Part shown: one piece after another, positions 10,529 to 20,142 of the stretch
How positions within the stretch are numbered: the stretch's first letter is position 1
How the letters are laid out: each line of letters starts with the position of its first letter
Assembly (NCBI GenBank): GCA_963777505.1
Contig: CAVZQN010000006.1
Location: 288,001 to 352,000, forward strand
Length of the DNA stretch: 64,000 bases
Direction of reading: 5' to 3'
Source: an uncultured bacterium
GTDB lineage: Bacteria > Acidobacteriota > HRBIN11 > JAKEFK01
Made by a program: the position numbers and the translations under genes
Notes under the pieces: generated by a model
What the model saw: the letters and a program-made list of their open reading frames with translations, nothing else
Told to the model about the DNA's origin: nothing
The model's database searches: none

Positions 10529-12079
10529 TTACAACCGGGTCAGCTCAATTTTCCCATCATGAAATATTGAGTGGCATCCATTCCATTCGGGATTTCTTGA
10601 AGGATAATCCTCGCGGAAGTGTGAACCGCGGCTTTCTCGCCGTTGCAGGGCAAATGAACCCATTAATTTAGAACAATCTACAAGATTTAGCAATTCCAAT
10701 TCTTCGACGGATGTTGGATCAAATTGCGGGATATCTTCCATGAAATCAAGCGCATTTTTGATCCCTGATTCGGTCCGAAGCAATCCAAGGTGCTTCCAAT
10801 TTACTGATTGCAGTCGGGTTCTTAGCTGATCCGCATTCGCGCGTAAATATCCAACGGTCAAAGGATCGTGCTCATACGATTGAGGCACTGTAAATGATTG
10901 TTCAATCATGTTTGAACCGGCTCGCGCGCCGTAAACCAATCCTTCAAGCAACGAATTACTTGCAAGCCGATTTGCGCCATGGACTCCGTTACACGCGACT
11001 TCACCGGCTGCATATAAGCCTGGAATCGATGTTTCACCAACCAGACCTGTACGAACACCTCCCATCCAGTAATGTGCACTTGGGCTTACTGGAATCATGT
11101 CCTGAGCAAGGTCCAGTTCATAATTTTGCAAAAATTGCTGAATGTTTGGAAAGCGATGATTCAATTTTTTTCTTCCGATGCTGGTCGCGTCCAAATAAAC
11201 CCAGGATCCACCTGCTGAAAACATTTCACTTACGATTGCGCGGCTTACGATATCGCGAGGAGCAAGATCGGCAAGTGGATGATACTTTTTCATAAACGTT
11301 TTCCCTTCAGCATTTTTAAGCACCGCTCCTTCACCGCGTAAAGCTTCAGTCAGTAAAAATCGCGGCGCGCCGGCCTGGTGAAACGCTGTCGGATGAAATT
11401 GGAAAAATTCAAAGTCCATCATTTCGGCGCCAGCTCGAAGCGCCATTGCGGTGCCGTCACCGGTTGCTGCCGGAGGATTCGTAGTGTGACTATAAATCTG
11501 ACCCGCCCCTCCTGTTGCAAGTAAAACGGAACGTGCAAGCGAAATACTTTTTTCTCCTGTGTTCTGATCCATCAGTATTACGCCACAGGAAGTACCATTC
11601 TGAATAATCAAATCCATAGCGGGCTTATGTGAAATGATTTCAATGCCTGAAGTTTGGCGAACCCAGTTTAATAGTGCGCGGACAATCTCTTTTCCTGTTG
11701 CATCTCCGGCATGAAGAATTCGATTTTGTGAATGAGCTCCTTCGCGGCCGAAAACAAATCTTCCCTCAGATTGATCGAATTGAGCGCCCCAATTCACAAG
11801 CTCTTCAATTCGTTCCGGACCTTCTTCAACAAGTACCCGGACTGCCGGCTCGTAACTAAGTTCATCTCCTGCATTCAACGTATCCTGTAAATGGAATTCG
11901 ACAGTATCTCCTTCTTGCATCGCTGCAGCGATACCGCCCTGAGCCCATTGAGTATTGCTTTGCCACGGCTCTCCTTTGCAGAAAACTTTTACTGAACCAC
12001 TCTTTACAAGTTCGAGTGACGCTCGCAAACCTGCGATGCCAGAGCCAACTACAATGTAATCGCAACGATCAATCTTCAT
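10529..12079 (-). CDS. nadB: L-aspartate oxidase
   Basis: GSGIAG, WAQGGIAA, REGAHS, QFHPT, GVHGANRLASNSLLE, RRESRGSHFR. Confidence 0.95.
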   Translation of the reverse strand: MKIDRCDYIVVGSGIAGLRASLELVKSGSVKVFCKGEPWQSNTQWAQGGIAAAMQEGDTVEFHLQDTLNAGDELSYEPAVRVLVEEGPERIEELVNWGAQFDQSEGRFVFGREGAHSQNRILHAGDATGKEIVRALLNWVRQTSGIEIISHKPAMDLIIQNGTSCGVILMDQNTGEKSISLARSVLLATGGAGQIYSHTTNPPAATGDGTAMALRAGAEMMDFEFFQFHPTAFHQAGAPRFLLTEALRGEGAVLKNAEGKTFMKKYHPLADLAPRDIVSRAIVSEMFSAGGSWVYLDATSIGRKKLNHRFPNIQQFLQNYELDLAQDMIPVSPSAHYWMGGVRTGLVGETSIPGLYAAGEVACNGVHGANRLASNSLLEGLVYGARAGSNMIEQSFTVPQSYEHDPLTVGYLRANADQLRTRLQSVNWKHLGLLRTESGIKNALDFMEDIPQFDPTSVEELELLNLVDCSKLMGSFALQRRESRGSHFREDYPSRNPEWNGCHSIFHDGKIELTRL

Positions 12080-12161
12080 AAAATCAAAAATTAAAAATAA
12101 AAAATCAAAAATAGAGAAAATATCTCAGTTTTTTATTTTTGATCTTTAATTTTTTATTTTA
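12080..12161. repeat. AT-rich heptamer (NAAAAAT) array arranged as an inverted repeat
   Basis: caaaaat taaaaat aaaaaat caaaaat ... attttt g atcttta attttt t atttt; fills the whole intergenic gap. Confidence 0.8.
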
Positions 12162-12164
12162 AGT

Positions 12165-12905
12165 CTATACGCCCATTGAAAGTCGATTCGCAAGTGATTG
12201 TGGAAGTCCTGCGCGCAAAATTTTTCCTTGCGTTCTGGGAACAGAATATTCCACTCTCTTAAATGTAATCGTTCTTCGTTCGGAATCGTACATCGCAAAG
12301 CTTGCGAGAGGATTTTTGTCGCGAGGCTGGCCGACTGAGCCTGGATTGATCAGGTATTTGAAACCATTAACGAGTTCAACTTTGACTCTTTCAGAATTTG
12401 GGCGGAAAGTGTAAAGACGTTGATTGCTGACAGCGTAAATTACAGGCAGATGTGTATGGCCGAAAAAACAGATTCTGAAATCCATTACTTGAAAAACTTC
12501 ATACGCATCGTAATCGCTAAAGATATAAGCATCTTCATCAATTGGCGTTCCATGTGAAACCATAATTTCGCCATCTACCATCAATGGACCTTGAGGAAGT
12601 CGAATCAGATAAGCACGGTTGTCTGCTGTGAGCTTTTTCTGGGTCCACAATGCAGAAGTCATTGCCGCTTTATTGAAATTCTCACCCGATTCAAGACCTG
12701 AAGCCACTTTGTCATGATTGCCTCGAATGACAACAGCAGGTTTCAACTTTCGAATGATATTGATGATCTGATTTGGATTTGCGCCGTAGCCAACAAGATC
12801 CCCAAGAACGAGAATACGATCGAACTTTTTTCTTTTGACTGTGGCCAGCACTGCAGAAAGTGCTTCCAGATTCGAATGGATGTCACTTAGGATCAAATAT
12901 TTCAT
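12165..12905 (-). CDS. Calcineurin-like metallophosphoesterase
   Basis: SDIHSN, LGDLVGYG, RGNHD, GHTH, NPGSVGQPRD. Confidence 0.9.
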   Translation of the reverse strand: MKYLILSDIHSNLEALSAVLATVKRKKFDRILVLGDLVGYGANPNQIINIIRKLKPAVVIRGNHDKVASGLESGENFNKAAMTSALWTQKKLTADNRAYLIRLPQGPLMVDGEIMVSHGTPIDEDAYIFSDYDAYEVFQVMDFRICFFGHTHLPVIYAVSNQRLYTFRPNSERVKVELVNGFKYLINPGSVGQPRDKNPLASFAMYDSERRTITFKRVEYSVPRTQGKILRAGLPQSLANRLSMGV

Positions 12906-12971
12906 ATCATCTGGGTTTAGGCCTTGGGGGGAAGGTCACTATACCAAAACGCATTCTCATAATCAAACAAG

Positions 12972-13063
12972 ATTTCAACACAAAGTCACCAAGACACAAG
13001 GTAACACTAAAAAAGATTAAAATTAAATTGTTTTTAGTGCCTTTGTGTCTTCGGGTTGAAAAT
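12972..13063. repeat. Complete palindromic form of the octamer-based element
   Basis: ttcaacacaaagtcaccaagacacaag...cactaaaaa / tttttagtg...ctttgtgtcttcgggttgaa. Confidence 0.75.
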
Positions 13064-13101
13064 TCCTCTCGCTATTTCACATGATACAATGTGCAAACGA
13101 C

Positions 13102-13602
13102 ATGAAAAGGGTTGCAGTCTATCCTGGTACGTTCGATCCGATTACAAATGGTCACATCGATCTAATCAAGCGCGCTTTGGGATTTGTTGATGAATTAATT
13201 ATCGCAATTCTCATCAATTCTGAAAAAAAACCGCTTTTCTCAGTGAAGGAACGGATCGGATTGATGAAGAATGTTTTGCCTCAAAGCAAAAGAATTCGTA
13301 TCGATCAATTTGATGGGCTTCTTGTAGATTATGCGAGCAAAGCTGGTGCACAAATTATTTTGCGAGGCCTTCGAGCCGTTAGCGATTTTGATTATGAATT
13401 TCAGATGGCTTTAATGAACCGCAGATTAGAGCCGCAGATTGAAACAGTTTTTCTGGTGCCTGCAGAACAATATACATACGTTAGTTCGAAGCTTGTTAAA
13501 GAAATTACTGCCCTGGGAGGAGCTGTTACTGGATTAGTTCCACCTGAGGTAGAAAAAAGAATGAAAGAAAAATTTCATCGGATGAAAGGGACAAAAGTAT
13601 GA
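13102..13602 (+). CDS. coaD: Pantetheine-phosphate adenylyltransferase
   Basis: AVYPGTFDPITNGH, RGLRAVSDFDYE, VSSKLVKE. Confidence 0.96.
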   Translation: MKRVAVYPGTFDPITNGHIDLIKRALGFVDELIIAILINSEKKPLFSVKERIGLMKNVLPQSKRIRIDQFDGLLVDYASKAGAQIILRGLRAVSDFDYEFQMALMNRRLEPQIETVFLVPAEQYTYVSSKLVKEITALGGAVTGLVPPEVEKRMKEKFHRMKGTKV

Positions 13603-14774
13603 AACTTGCTGGACGCATTCAAAAAATTACAGAATCACCAACAATTGCAATGAGTTCTCGCGCTGCAGCGATGAAAGCATCGGGGATTGATGTGATCGAT
13701 TTCAGTGCAGGAGAACCCGATTTCGCGACGCCCGAAAATGTGAAAGCTCAAGGTATTGAAGCGATCCACTCCAATTTCACAAAATACACTCCGACAGCTG
13801 GAATTAAGAAATTACGTGAAGGTGTCGCCGCGCGTTTTCAAAAAAAATATGATCAAACATTTGGCGCGGAAGAGGTGATTCTTACCAACGGTGGCAAACA
13901 AGCCCTCTACAATTTGATGTGTTGTCTCGTACAAGAAGGCGATGAAGTTCTAATCCCTGAACCATACTGGGTAACGTTTCCGGATCAGGTGCGGCTTGCT
14001 GGCGGGAATCCGGTTTTTGTACCTACCAGGCAGGAAGAACAATTCCTCATCAAGCCTGAAGAAATCGAAAAGCGGATTACATCAAACACTCGAGTGTTGA
14101 TCTTGAACAGCCCGAATAATCCTTCTGGTGCTGTTATTCCACGCGGCACAATGGAAGAAATCGTAGATTTATGTTCACGGAAGAATCTCGCACTCGTTTT
14201 TGATGAATGTTATGACTGCTTTGTATTTCCTCCGCACAAACATACTTCGCCGTTTGAATTTTCTAAAGCACGCGAATTTACTTTCGTTGTCAATACTTTT
14301 TCAAAAGTGTATGCAATGACTGGCTGGCGACTTGGCTTTGCAATCGGTCCTAAAGATGTCATTTCTGCATGCGATAAATTGCAAAGTCATACAACTTCAA
14401 ATCCCTCCTCAATCAGTCAATGGGCTGGAGTTGAAGCTTTAAGTGGTGATCAAAGTTCTGTGCAGACGATGTATGAGGAATATTTACGCCGCCGTGAATT
14501 TATTATGAACGCTGTTTCGGCAATGCCGGGTGTTCATTGCAATGAACCAATGGGAGCTTTTTATCTCTTTCCAAATATTAAATCGCATCTTGGGAGAGAG
14601 ATTCCGGATTCCATTGCGTTTTGCAAAATCCTGTTGGAAGAGTCTCATGTCGGTACGGTACCAGGGTCCGCATTTGGAGTTGAAGGCCACTTTAGGATTT
14701 CTTATGCGACCTCTATGGAAAATCTCAAAGAAGGTTGTAAACGGATTCACGAATTCTTAAAAAATAGATTGTAG
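13599..14774 (+). CDS. aspC: PLP-dependent aspartate aminotransferase (class I)
   Basis: AGEPDF, NSPNNPSG, FSKVYAMTGWRLG. Confidence 0.88.
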   Translation: MKLAGRIQKITESPTIAMSSRAAAMKASGIDVIDFSAGEPDFATPENVKAQGIEAIHSNFTKYTPTAGIKKLREGVAARFQKKYDQTFGAEEVILTNGGKQALYNLMCCLVQEGDEVLIPEPYWVTFPDQVRLAGGNPVFVPTRQEEQFLIKPEEIEKRITSNTRVLILNSPNNPSGAVIPRGTMEEIVDLCSRKNLALVFDECYDCFVFPPHKHTSPFEFSKAREFTFVVNTFSKVYAMTGWRLGFAIGPKDVISACDKLQSHTTSNPSSISQWAGVEALSGDQSSVQTMYEEYLRRREFIMNAVSAMPGVHCNEPMGAFYLFPNIKSHLGREIPDSIAFCKILLEESHVGTVPGSAFGVEGHFRISYATSMENLKEGCKRIHEFLKNRL

Positions 14775-14780
14775 TATTTC

Positions 14781-14879
14781 AAGGCCCGGCTCTGCGGCGA
14801 TGGAGTGCGAGAGCCGGGCCTTATCGTTCTAATTCTAGAGGCCCGGCCCCCGCTCCCCGCATCCGCGGGGCCAGGCCTC
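14781..14879. repeat. Two GC-rich hairpins that are inverted copies of each other
   Basis: AAGGCCCGGCTC...GAGCCGGGCCTT (14781-14822) and GAGGCCCGGCCCC...GGGGCCAGGCCTC (14838-14879). Confidence 0.75.
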
Positions 14880-14906
14880 AACAAGGCAGGACGCCGTACG
14901 GCACAT

Positions 14907-15644
14907 ATGTCCATCAAAGGTTTTTTTGTAGGAATATTCAAATTTTTTGCTCACGTAGTTGCGCTTATTTTAGTGGGCGCGCTGAGCACATTTATTACAT
15001 TGCGCTGGTTTACTACGGGTGACGAAGTTGTTGTCCCCGATCTCACGGGAAAAGCGCCGGTTGAAGCAATCCGTACTTTAGGTGCCGAAGGTCTTCAACT
15101 GAAAATTCTTCCCCAGAAACGGTATAGCAAAGAAATTCCAGCTGATCACATCATTACGCAGGAACCACTGGCTCATACAAGAATTAAGTCAGGACGCAGT
15201 GTTGAAGTTTATATGAGTCTTGGACCTGAAAAAATTATTATTCCGGATCTAGCCGGGCAAACCACTCGTGTAGCCATGATGACACTTGAGCAATATAAAC
15301 TCTCGACAGGAAAAATCGTCTATGTTTCCGCACCGGGGGCTGAATCCGATCAAGTTCTTGCTCAGTTTCCACTCGCAGGAACTGTTGTGACGGATGTCCG
15401 TACTGTCAGTATCCTTGCTAACAGTAGTTTGTATGTGAATCCAAAGGCTTTTGTGATGCCTGATGTTATCGGTCAGCCTTTTGATGATGTAAGTGAGTTC
15501 TTCAAAACGGCCGGCCTTCGAGTCAGCACTGCACAAGCGATTGACTATCCTGGAATTGCTCACGGAACTGTGGTTAAACAATCGCCGCCGGCTGGATATA
15601 AAGTCAGCGCAAATACCCCAATCAGTTTATACTTTAGCAAGTAA
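14907..15644 (+). CDS. Membrane-anchored protein with three PASTA domains, no kinase domain
   Basis: TM helix then VPDLTG, IPDLAG and MPDVIG PASTA starts; ATG 14907 preferred. Confidence 0.88.
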   Translation: MSIKGFFVGIFKFFAHVVALILVGALSTFITLRWFTTGDEVVVPDLTGKAPVEAIRTLGAEGLQLKILPQKRYSKEIPADHIITQEPLAHTRIKSGRSVEVYMSLGPEKIIIPDLAGQTTRVAMMTLEQYKLSTGKIVYVSAPGAESDQVLAQFPLAGTVVTDVRTVSILANSSLYVNPKAFVMPDVIGQPFDDVSEFFKTAGLRVSTAQAIDYPGIAHGTVVKQSPPAGYKVSANTPISLYFSK

Positions 15645-15691
15645 ACCGGAGAGAGATGACTTAGCGTCTTTGTGGTAAACAATAAATACAG

Positions 15692-16363
15692 ATGGATAAA
15701 CGAATAGCACCTTCAATACTATCGGCTGATTTTGCCAGATTAGCAGATCAAATTTCGATGGTTGAATCCGCAGGGGCTGACATGATTCACGTGGATGTAA
15801 TGGATGGACATTTTGTACCCAACATTACAATCGGTCCTGTTGTTGTGGAATGGATCCGAAAAGTAACATCACTTCCACTGGATGTTCATTTGATGATTGA
15901 AAATGCAGATGCGTATATCGAGTCATTTGCAAAGTCTGGCGCAAATTTGATCAGTGTGCATTTTGAAGCATGCACTCATTTGAATCGCACACTTCAACTA
16001 ATCCATTCTTTTTCTTGCAAAGCAGGCGTCGTGTTGAATCCGAGTAGTCCAGTGGAATGGCTGACCGATGCGATTTCAGATGTTGATTTCGTCCTTTTGA
16101 TGAGTGTTAATCCTGGTTTTGGCGGACAAAAATTCTTGCCACGAGTCCTTCGCAAAGTTCAATACCTTCGATCGATGCGCAGCGATCTCGGACAGAGGTT
16201 TGCGATCGAGATTGATGGAGGAATTGGATTAAACAATTTACAGCAAACATTTGATGCTGGTGCTGAATGGATTGTAGCGGGATCTGCCATTTTTCAAAGT
16301 CCGGATCCTAAAGAAACAGTCCGGAAAATGAAACAAATGGCTCAGGAGTCCCAGATCGCTTGA
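15692..16363 (+). CDS. rpe: Ribulose-phosphate 3-epimerase
   Basis: IAPSILSADF, HVDVMDGHFVPN, MSVNPGFGGQ, IDGG. Confidence 0.97.
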   Translation: MDKRIAPSILSADFARLADQISMVESAGADMIHVDVMDGHFVPNITIGPVVVEWIRKVTSLPLDVHLMIENADAYIESFAKSGANLISVHFEACTHLNRTLQLIHSFSCKAGVVLNPSSPVEWLTDAISDVDFVLLMSVNPGFGGQKFLPRVLRKVQYLRSMRSDLGQRFAIEIDGGIGLNNLQQTFDAGAEWIVAGSAIFQSPDPKETVRKMKQMAQESQIA

Positions 16364-16755
16364 AAACCCGCTCCAAAATTCGCGTACGTTATGCAGAAAC
16401 CGATCAAATGGGTGTCGTCTATCACAGCAATTTCCTGGTTTACTTTGAGGTGGGTAGGACCGATTATTTCCGGGAGTTCGGTTTTACATATCTTGATCTT
16501 GAAAAAGATGGTGTATTTATGCCCGTGACTGAATCTTTTTGTCAGTATGATCGGTCAGCATTTTATGATGATGTTCTTGAAATCGTCACTATGCTGGAAA
16601 TGGTTTCGCGTCTTAAATTGAAATTTACTTATGAAGTCATTAGAAATGATTCCGAAAAAATTGCCACCGGCTACACAATGCATGTCCCGGTGAATTCTGC
16701 AGGAAAACCGTGTAAAATACCTCCCGCTTATCTATCCGCTTTTCAAAAACAATGA
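16360..16755 (+). CDS. YbgC/FadM family acyl-CoA thioesterase
   Basis: RVRYAETDQMGVVYHSNFLVYFEVGR. Confidence 0.92.
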   Translation: MKTRSKIRVRYAETDQMGVVYHSNFLVYFEVGRTDYFREFGFTYLDLEKDGVFMPVTESFCQYDRSAFYDDVLEIVTMLEMVSRLKLKFTYEVIRNDSEKIATGYTMHVPVNSAGKPCKIPPAYLSAFQKQ

Positions 16756-17717
16756 ATATCATCGTTACCGGTGCTGCCGGTTTTATAGGTTCACATCTCT
16801 GCCAACGGCTTGTATCTCAAGGATACAGGGTCACAGGAATTGATTCATTTCTTGATTACTATCCCCGTTGGATAAAAGAAATGAATATAGCTGATTTGAA
16901 AAACAATTCTTCATTCAAGTTTATTGAAAATAATATTCTTGAATTGGATTGGAATTCTCTCCTCGAAGATGTCGATATTGTCATTCACCTGGCGGCACAG
17001 GCAGGGGTTCGAGCTAGTTGGGGGAAGAGTTTTCTTATTTATACAAAAAATAATATCGAGGCGACGCAATTGATACTTGAAGCGTCTAAAGAAAAGAAGC
17101 TGAAGAAACTTGTCTTTGCTTCGACCTCTTCCATCTATGGTGATACCGATGAAATACCAATGAAAGAAAGCTCTGTTGTGAAACCGGTTTCACCCTATGG
17201 TGTGACGAAACTGGCCGCGGAAGGTCTGTGTAATCTATATTGGAAAAATTACGGAGTGCCTTGCGTTTCCCTTCGCTACTTCACAGTATATGGACCCAGG
17301 CAGCGTCCGGATATGGCATTTTATCGTTTTATTCTTGCCTTATTTGAGAACCGCGAAATCACAATTTTTGAGGATGGAAATCAAACGAGGGATTTCACTT
17401 TTGTCGACGACATAATTACAGGAACTGAGCTTGCTGCAACAAAGGGTATCAATGGCCGCATATATAATCTTGGCGGAGGCAGCAGAATTAGTGTGAATGA
17501 AGCGATCGCAATGTTACAGGAAATTTCAGGCAAGGAATTAAAAGTGAATTACGCTGAAAAACAAAAAGGAGATATGCGTCATACATTTGCTTCCACAGAA
17601 CTAGCACAACAAGATTTGGGTTATTCACCACAAATCAAACTCAATGAAGGGTTGACACAGGAATATCGCTGGCTTGAAGATCTCTACCGAAGAGGTTTAA
17701 CTTACCGTGCGAACTGA
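16752..17717 (+). CDS. NAD-dependent nucleotide-sugar epimerase/dehydratase
   Basis: TGAAGFIG, HLAAQAGVR, SPYGVTK, VYGPRQRPDM. Confidence 0.92.
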   Translation: MNIIVTGAAGFIGSHLCQRLVSQGYRVTGIDSFLDYYPRWIKEMNIADLKNNSSFKFIENNILELDWNSLLEDVDIVIHLAAQAGVRASWGKSFLIYTKNNIEATQLILEASKEKKLKKLVFASTSSIYGDTDEIPMKESSVVKPVSPYGVTKLAAEGLCNLYWKNYGVPCVSLRYFTVYGPRQRPDMAFYRFILALFENREITIFEDGNQTRDFTFVDDIITGTELAATKGINGRIYNLGGGSRISVNEAIAMLQEISGKELKVNYAEKQKGDMRHTFASTELAQQDLGYSPQIKLNEGLTQEYRWLEDLYRRGLTYRAN

Positions 17718-17747
17718 ACACAAAATCGGAGGCTGTAAAACAGCATC

Positions 17748-18572
17748 ATGAAATTGAAATACTGGGTAGCAATAGCCGCAATGTTGTGTGTCGTGGCTTG
17801 CGGGAAAAAAAAGGCGGATGTGGATCTACTCCAGCAAAGCGACAAAGTATTATATGAACTTGGAACCGTTAATTTGGAAAGCGAAGATTATGACAAAGCT
17901 CGCACTGCATTCAAGGCTGTATTCGATAACTTTCCTAAGAGCGAATATCGCATTCTTGCAAAATTAGGCTATGCCGAGAGTTTCTACAAAGACGGTGGCG
18001 ACGGAAACTGGATCCTTGCAATTTCGGAATATCAAGATTTTATTGCGCAATTTCCATTCAGTCCCAAAGCGGCATACGCACAATATCAAATTGGCGCTTG
18101 TTATTATCAGATGATGGAAAAACCAGATCGTGATCAAACGAATACACGTAAAGCGTTAGATGAATTTCGAAAAGTGATTGACGGTTATCCAACCGGTGAA
18201 TATTACAAATCTGCGTACGATCGATTATTAGAATGTTACGCGCATCTTGCTGAACATGAATACATCATTGCGCGTTATTACAATCGCACAGGAAGACACA
18301 TTGCAGCAGTGGACCGTTTAAAAGAATTACTAAAAGACTATCCTGAGACTGTTCACCTTGCTGAGCACTATTTCTTTCTTGCACAATCTCTCGAAGAACT
18401 TGATCAGACATCGGAAAGTTGTGTTTATTACAGTAAAGTTGTTGAAAAATGGCCTAACTCTGAACTTTTTCAGGATGCGAGAGATGGTGCAGTTAGAGTT
18501 TGTGATACAGCTCCCCAAACACAGCCAGCAGTTCAAACCCAACCTTCAACTCAAAGTCAACCATCGGAATAA
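17748..18572 (+). CDS. bamD: Outer membrane protein assembly factor BamD
   Basis: Lipobox VVAC, TPR helices, PDRDQTNT, LAEHEYIIARYY. Confidence 0.88.
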   Translation: MKLKYWVAIAAMLCVVACGKKKADVDLLQQSDKVLYELGTVNLESEDYDKARTAFKAVFDNFPKSEYRILAKLGYAESFYKDGGDGNWILAISEYQDFIAQFPFSPKAAYAQYQIGACYYQMMEKPDRDQTNTRKALDEFRKVIDGYPTGEYYKSAYDRLLECYAHLAEHEYIIARYYNRTGRHIAAVDRLKELLKDYPETVHLAEHYFFLAQSLEELDQTSESCVYYSKVVEKWPNSELFQDARDGAVRVCDTAPQTQPAVQTQPSTQSQPSE

Positions 18573-18583
18573 AAACTGAATTA

Positions 18584-18638
18584 TCGATACTTGATGTCGT
18601 TTTAGTACCATGCATTGAGCAGTCAGCATCGAGAACTG
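18584..18638. repeat. Degenerate heptamer (AGCATCG-type) inverted array
   Basis: tcgatac ttgatgt ... tgcattg agcagtc agcatcg agaactg; same unit family as 39597-39679. Confidence 0.5.
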
Positions 18639-18651
18639 CTACAAACATCGC

Positions 18652-18680
18652 TTGACAAGTGTAATACTCCTTGTGATAGT
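18652..18680 (+). promoter_or_regulatory. Sigma70-type promoter for the LysM gene
   Basis: TTGACA-17 bp-GATAGT with upstream TG. Confidence 0.55.
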
Positions 18681-18761
18681 GTTTATGGGGAACGACCCTA
18701 AAATTTCATCGAGGTTCGTCCAATAACAAAACGCATCTTACAGACAAGGGAGAGCGGAAAA

Positions 18762-20006
18762 ATGATGAAAGCCTGGCTAAAACTATCGTTTGGCTTAATG
18801 GCTTGCTTTTTCCTCATAAGCTACGGCACCTGTATTGCGCAAACTGAAGAGCAAACTCAGACTCAACAGGTGCAAGAACAGGCGACCCCAGAGGAGACTC
18901 AGTCGGCTCAGCAACAAGAGGCAAGCCCACAACCTAAATCTGGCGAACTACCAGCACCGCTTGAAGCGGAAATGGTGGTCGCTGCACATTGGTCTAAAAA
19001 TCCATATCCGCGCACGGTCGCAGCAGGCGCACGTGTGCATATTGTAGAACGTCGCGACACTTTATGGGATCTGGCGCAACGTTACTACGGCAATCCATTC
19101 CTATGGCCGCAAATTTGGGATGCAAATAAATACATTCCAAATGCACATTGGATTTATCCTGGTGATCCGGTCATCATTCCGCCACTGACACCAATCAGCG
19201 ATCAGATGATTGCTCAGGAAGCACAACCCGGTGACACGGGTCCCGGTGAACCTGGTGGTCCTGGCGGACCTTCCATTCCTGCACCAGGAATACAAACGTA
19301 TCCAATAGCTCTGGATGTCGATCTTTATTGCAGCGGCTATATTGTCCCCGAAGTCGGTGGCTATAGAGTCAAAATTATTGGCAATGAAGAGAATACTGAA
19401 AAAATAGGGCTATCTCTCTTCGATATTGTTTACATAAATCAAGGTGAAGCCGATGGTATTTCTCCGGGGGATGAATTCACAGTCCTTCACCATATGCGGA
19501 ATATCCAACATCTAGTCACGCTTGAACGTCTAGGAGAGTACGTTGTTCAGACAGGAAGATTAAAAATTGTCGCAACACAGGAAAGAACATCCACGGCTCA
19601 AATTACATATTCCTGTGATACAAGTCTTGCCGGCGATTTTCTGGTTCCGTTTGAACCAAAAGAAGTTCCTAATCTAGCGGATTTACCACCCGTAGATCGC
19701 TTCAGCCTGGAAGGACCTAATCAAAAAGGTTATCTCGTATTTGCAAAAGATGACCTCACAAGTTTAGGCGACCAAAATGAAGTGCTAATTGACATAGGTG
19801 CTGCCGAAGGGATTTCAGTCGGTACTCGCCTGGTTGTGTACAGACATCAAACCAGAGGCTATGAAGGTACCGGTTTTGAACGTGATATACCAAGACGTGT
19901 GCTCGGCGAAATGGTGGTTTTTTCAGTTCAAGATTCAACATCAACAGGACGCATCATCCAGATGTACGACTACATGGAACCGGGGGATTCTGTAGAAGTA
20001 CGTTGA
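18762..20006 (+). CDS. Secreted LysM peptidoglycan-binding protein (TsaP-like)
   Basis: Signal peptide; HIVERRDTLWDLAQRYYGNPFLWPQIWDAN...IYPGD; C-terminal beta domains. Confidence 0.8.
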   Translation: MMKAWLKLSFGLMACFFLISYGTCIAQTEEQTQTQQVQEQATPEETQSAQQQEASPQPKSGELPAPLEAEMVVAAHWSKNPYPRTVAAGARVHIVERRDTLWDLAQRYYGNPFLWPQIWDANKYIPNAHWIYPGDPVIIPPLTPISDQMIAQEAQPGDTGPGEPGGPGGPSIPAPGIQTYPIALDVDLYCSGYIVPEVGGYRVKIIGNEENTEKIGLSLFDIVYINQGEADGISPGDEFTVLHHMRNIQHLVTLERLGEYVVQTGRLKIVATQERTSTAQITYSCDTSLAGDFLVPFEPKEVPNLADLPPVDRFSLEGPNQKGYLVFAKDDLTSLGDQNEVLIDIGAAEGISVGTRLVVYRHQTRGYEGTGFERDIPRRVLGEMVVFSVQDSTSTGRIIQMYDYMEPGDSVEVR

Positions 20007-20025
20007 AGATTTGTTCTATTTCTTC

Positions 20026-20057
20026 AGACGGGCGGGGTAACCCGCCCGTTTGTTTTT
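20026..20057 (+). terminator. Rho-independent terminator
   Basis: AGACGGGCGGG-gtaa-CCCGCCCGTTT then GTTTTT. Confidence 0.8.
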
Positions 20058-20142
20058 GGACTTGATCCTTAGTTGACTCGCGACTTTGACGAGATTCTGA
20101 ACGTTATGCTATTCTCAAGTCCGCTGTTTCGGGGGGTTTTGG

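Noticed and set aside
18685-18725. Hairpin in the LysM gene leader as a riboswitch
   Set aside because: No match to any riboswitch consensus I can recognise
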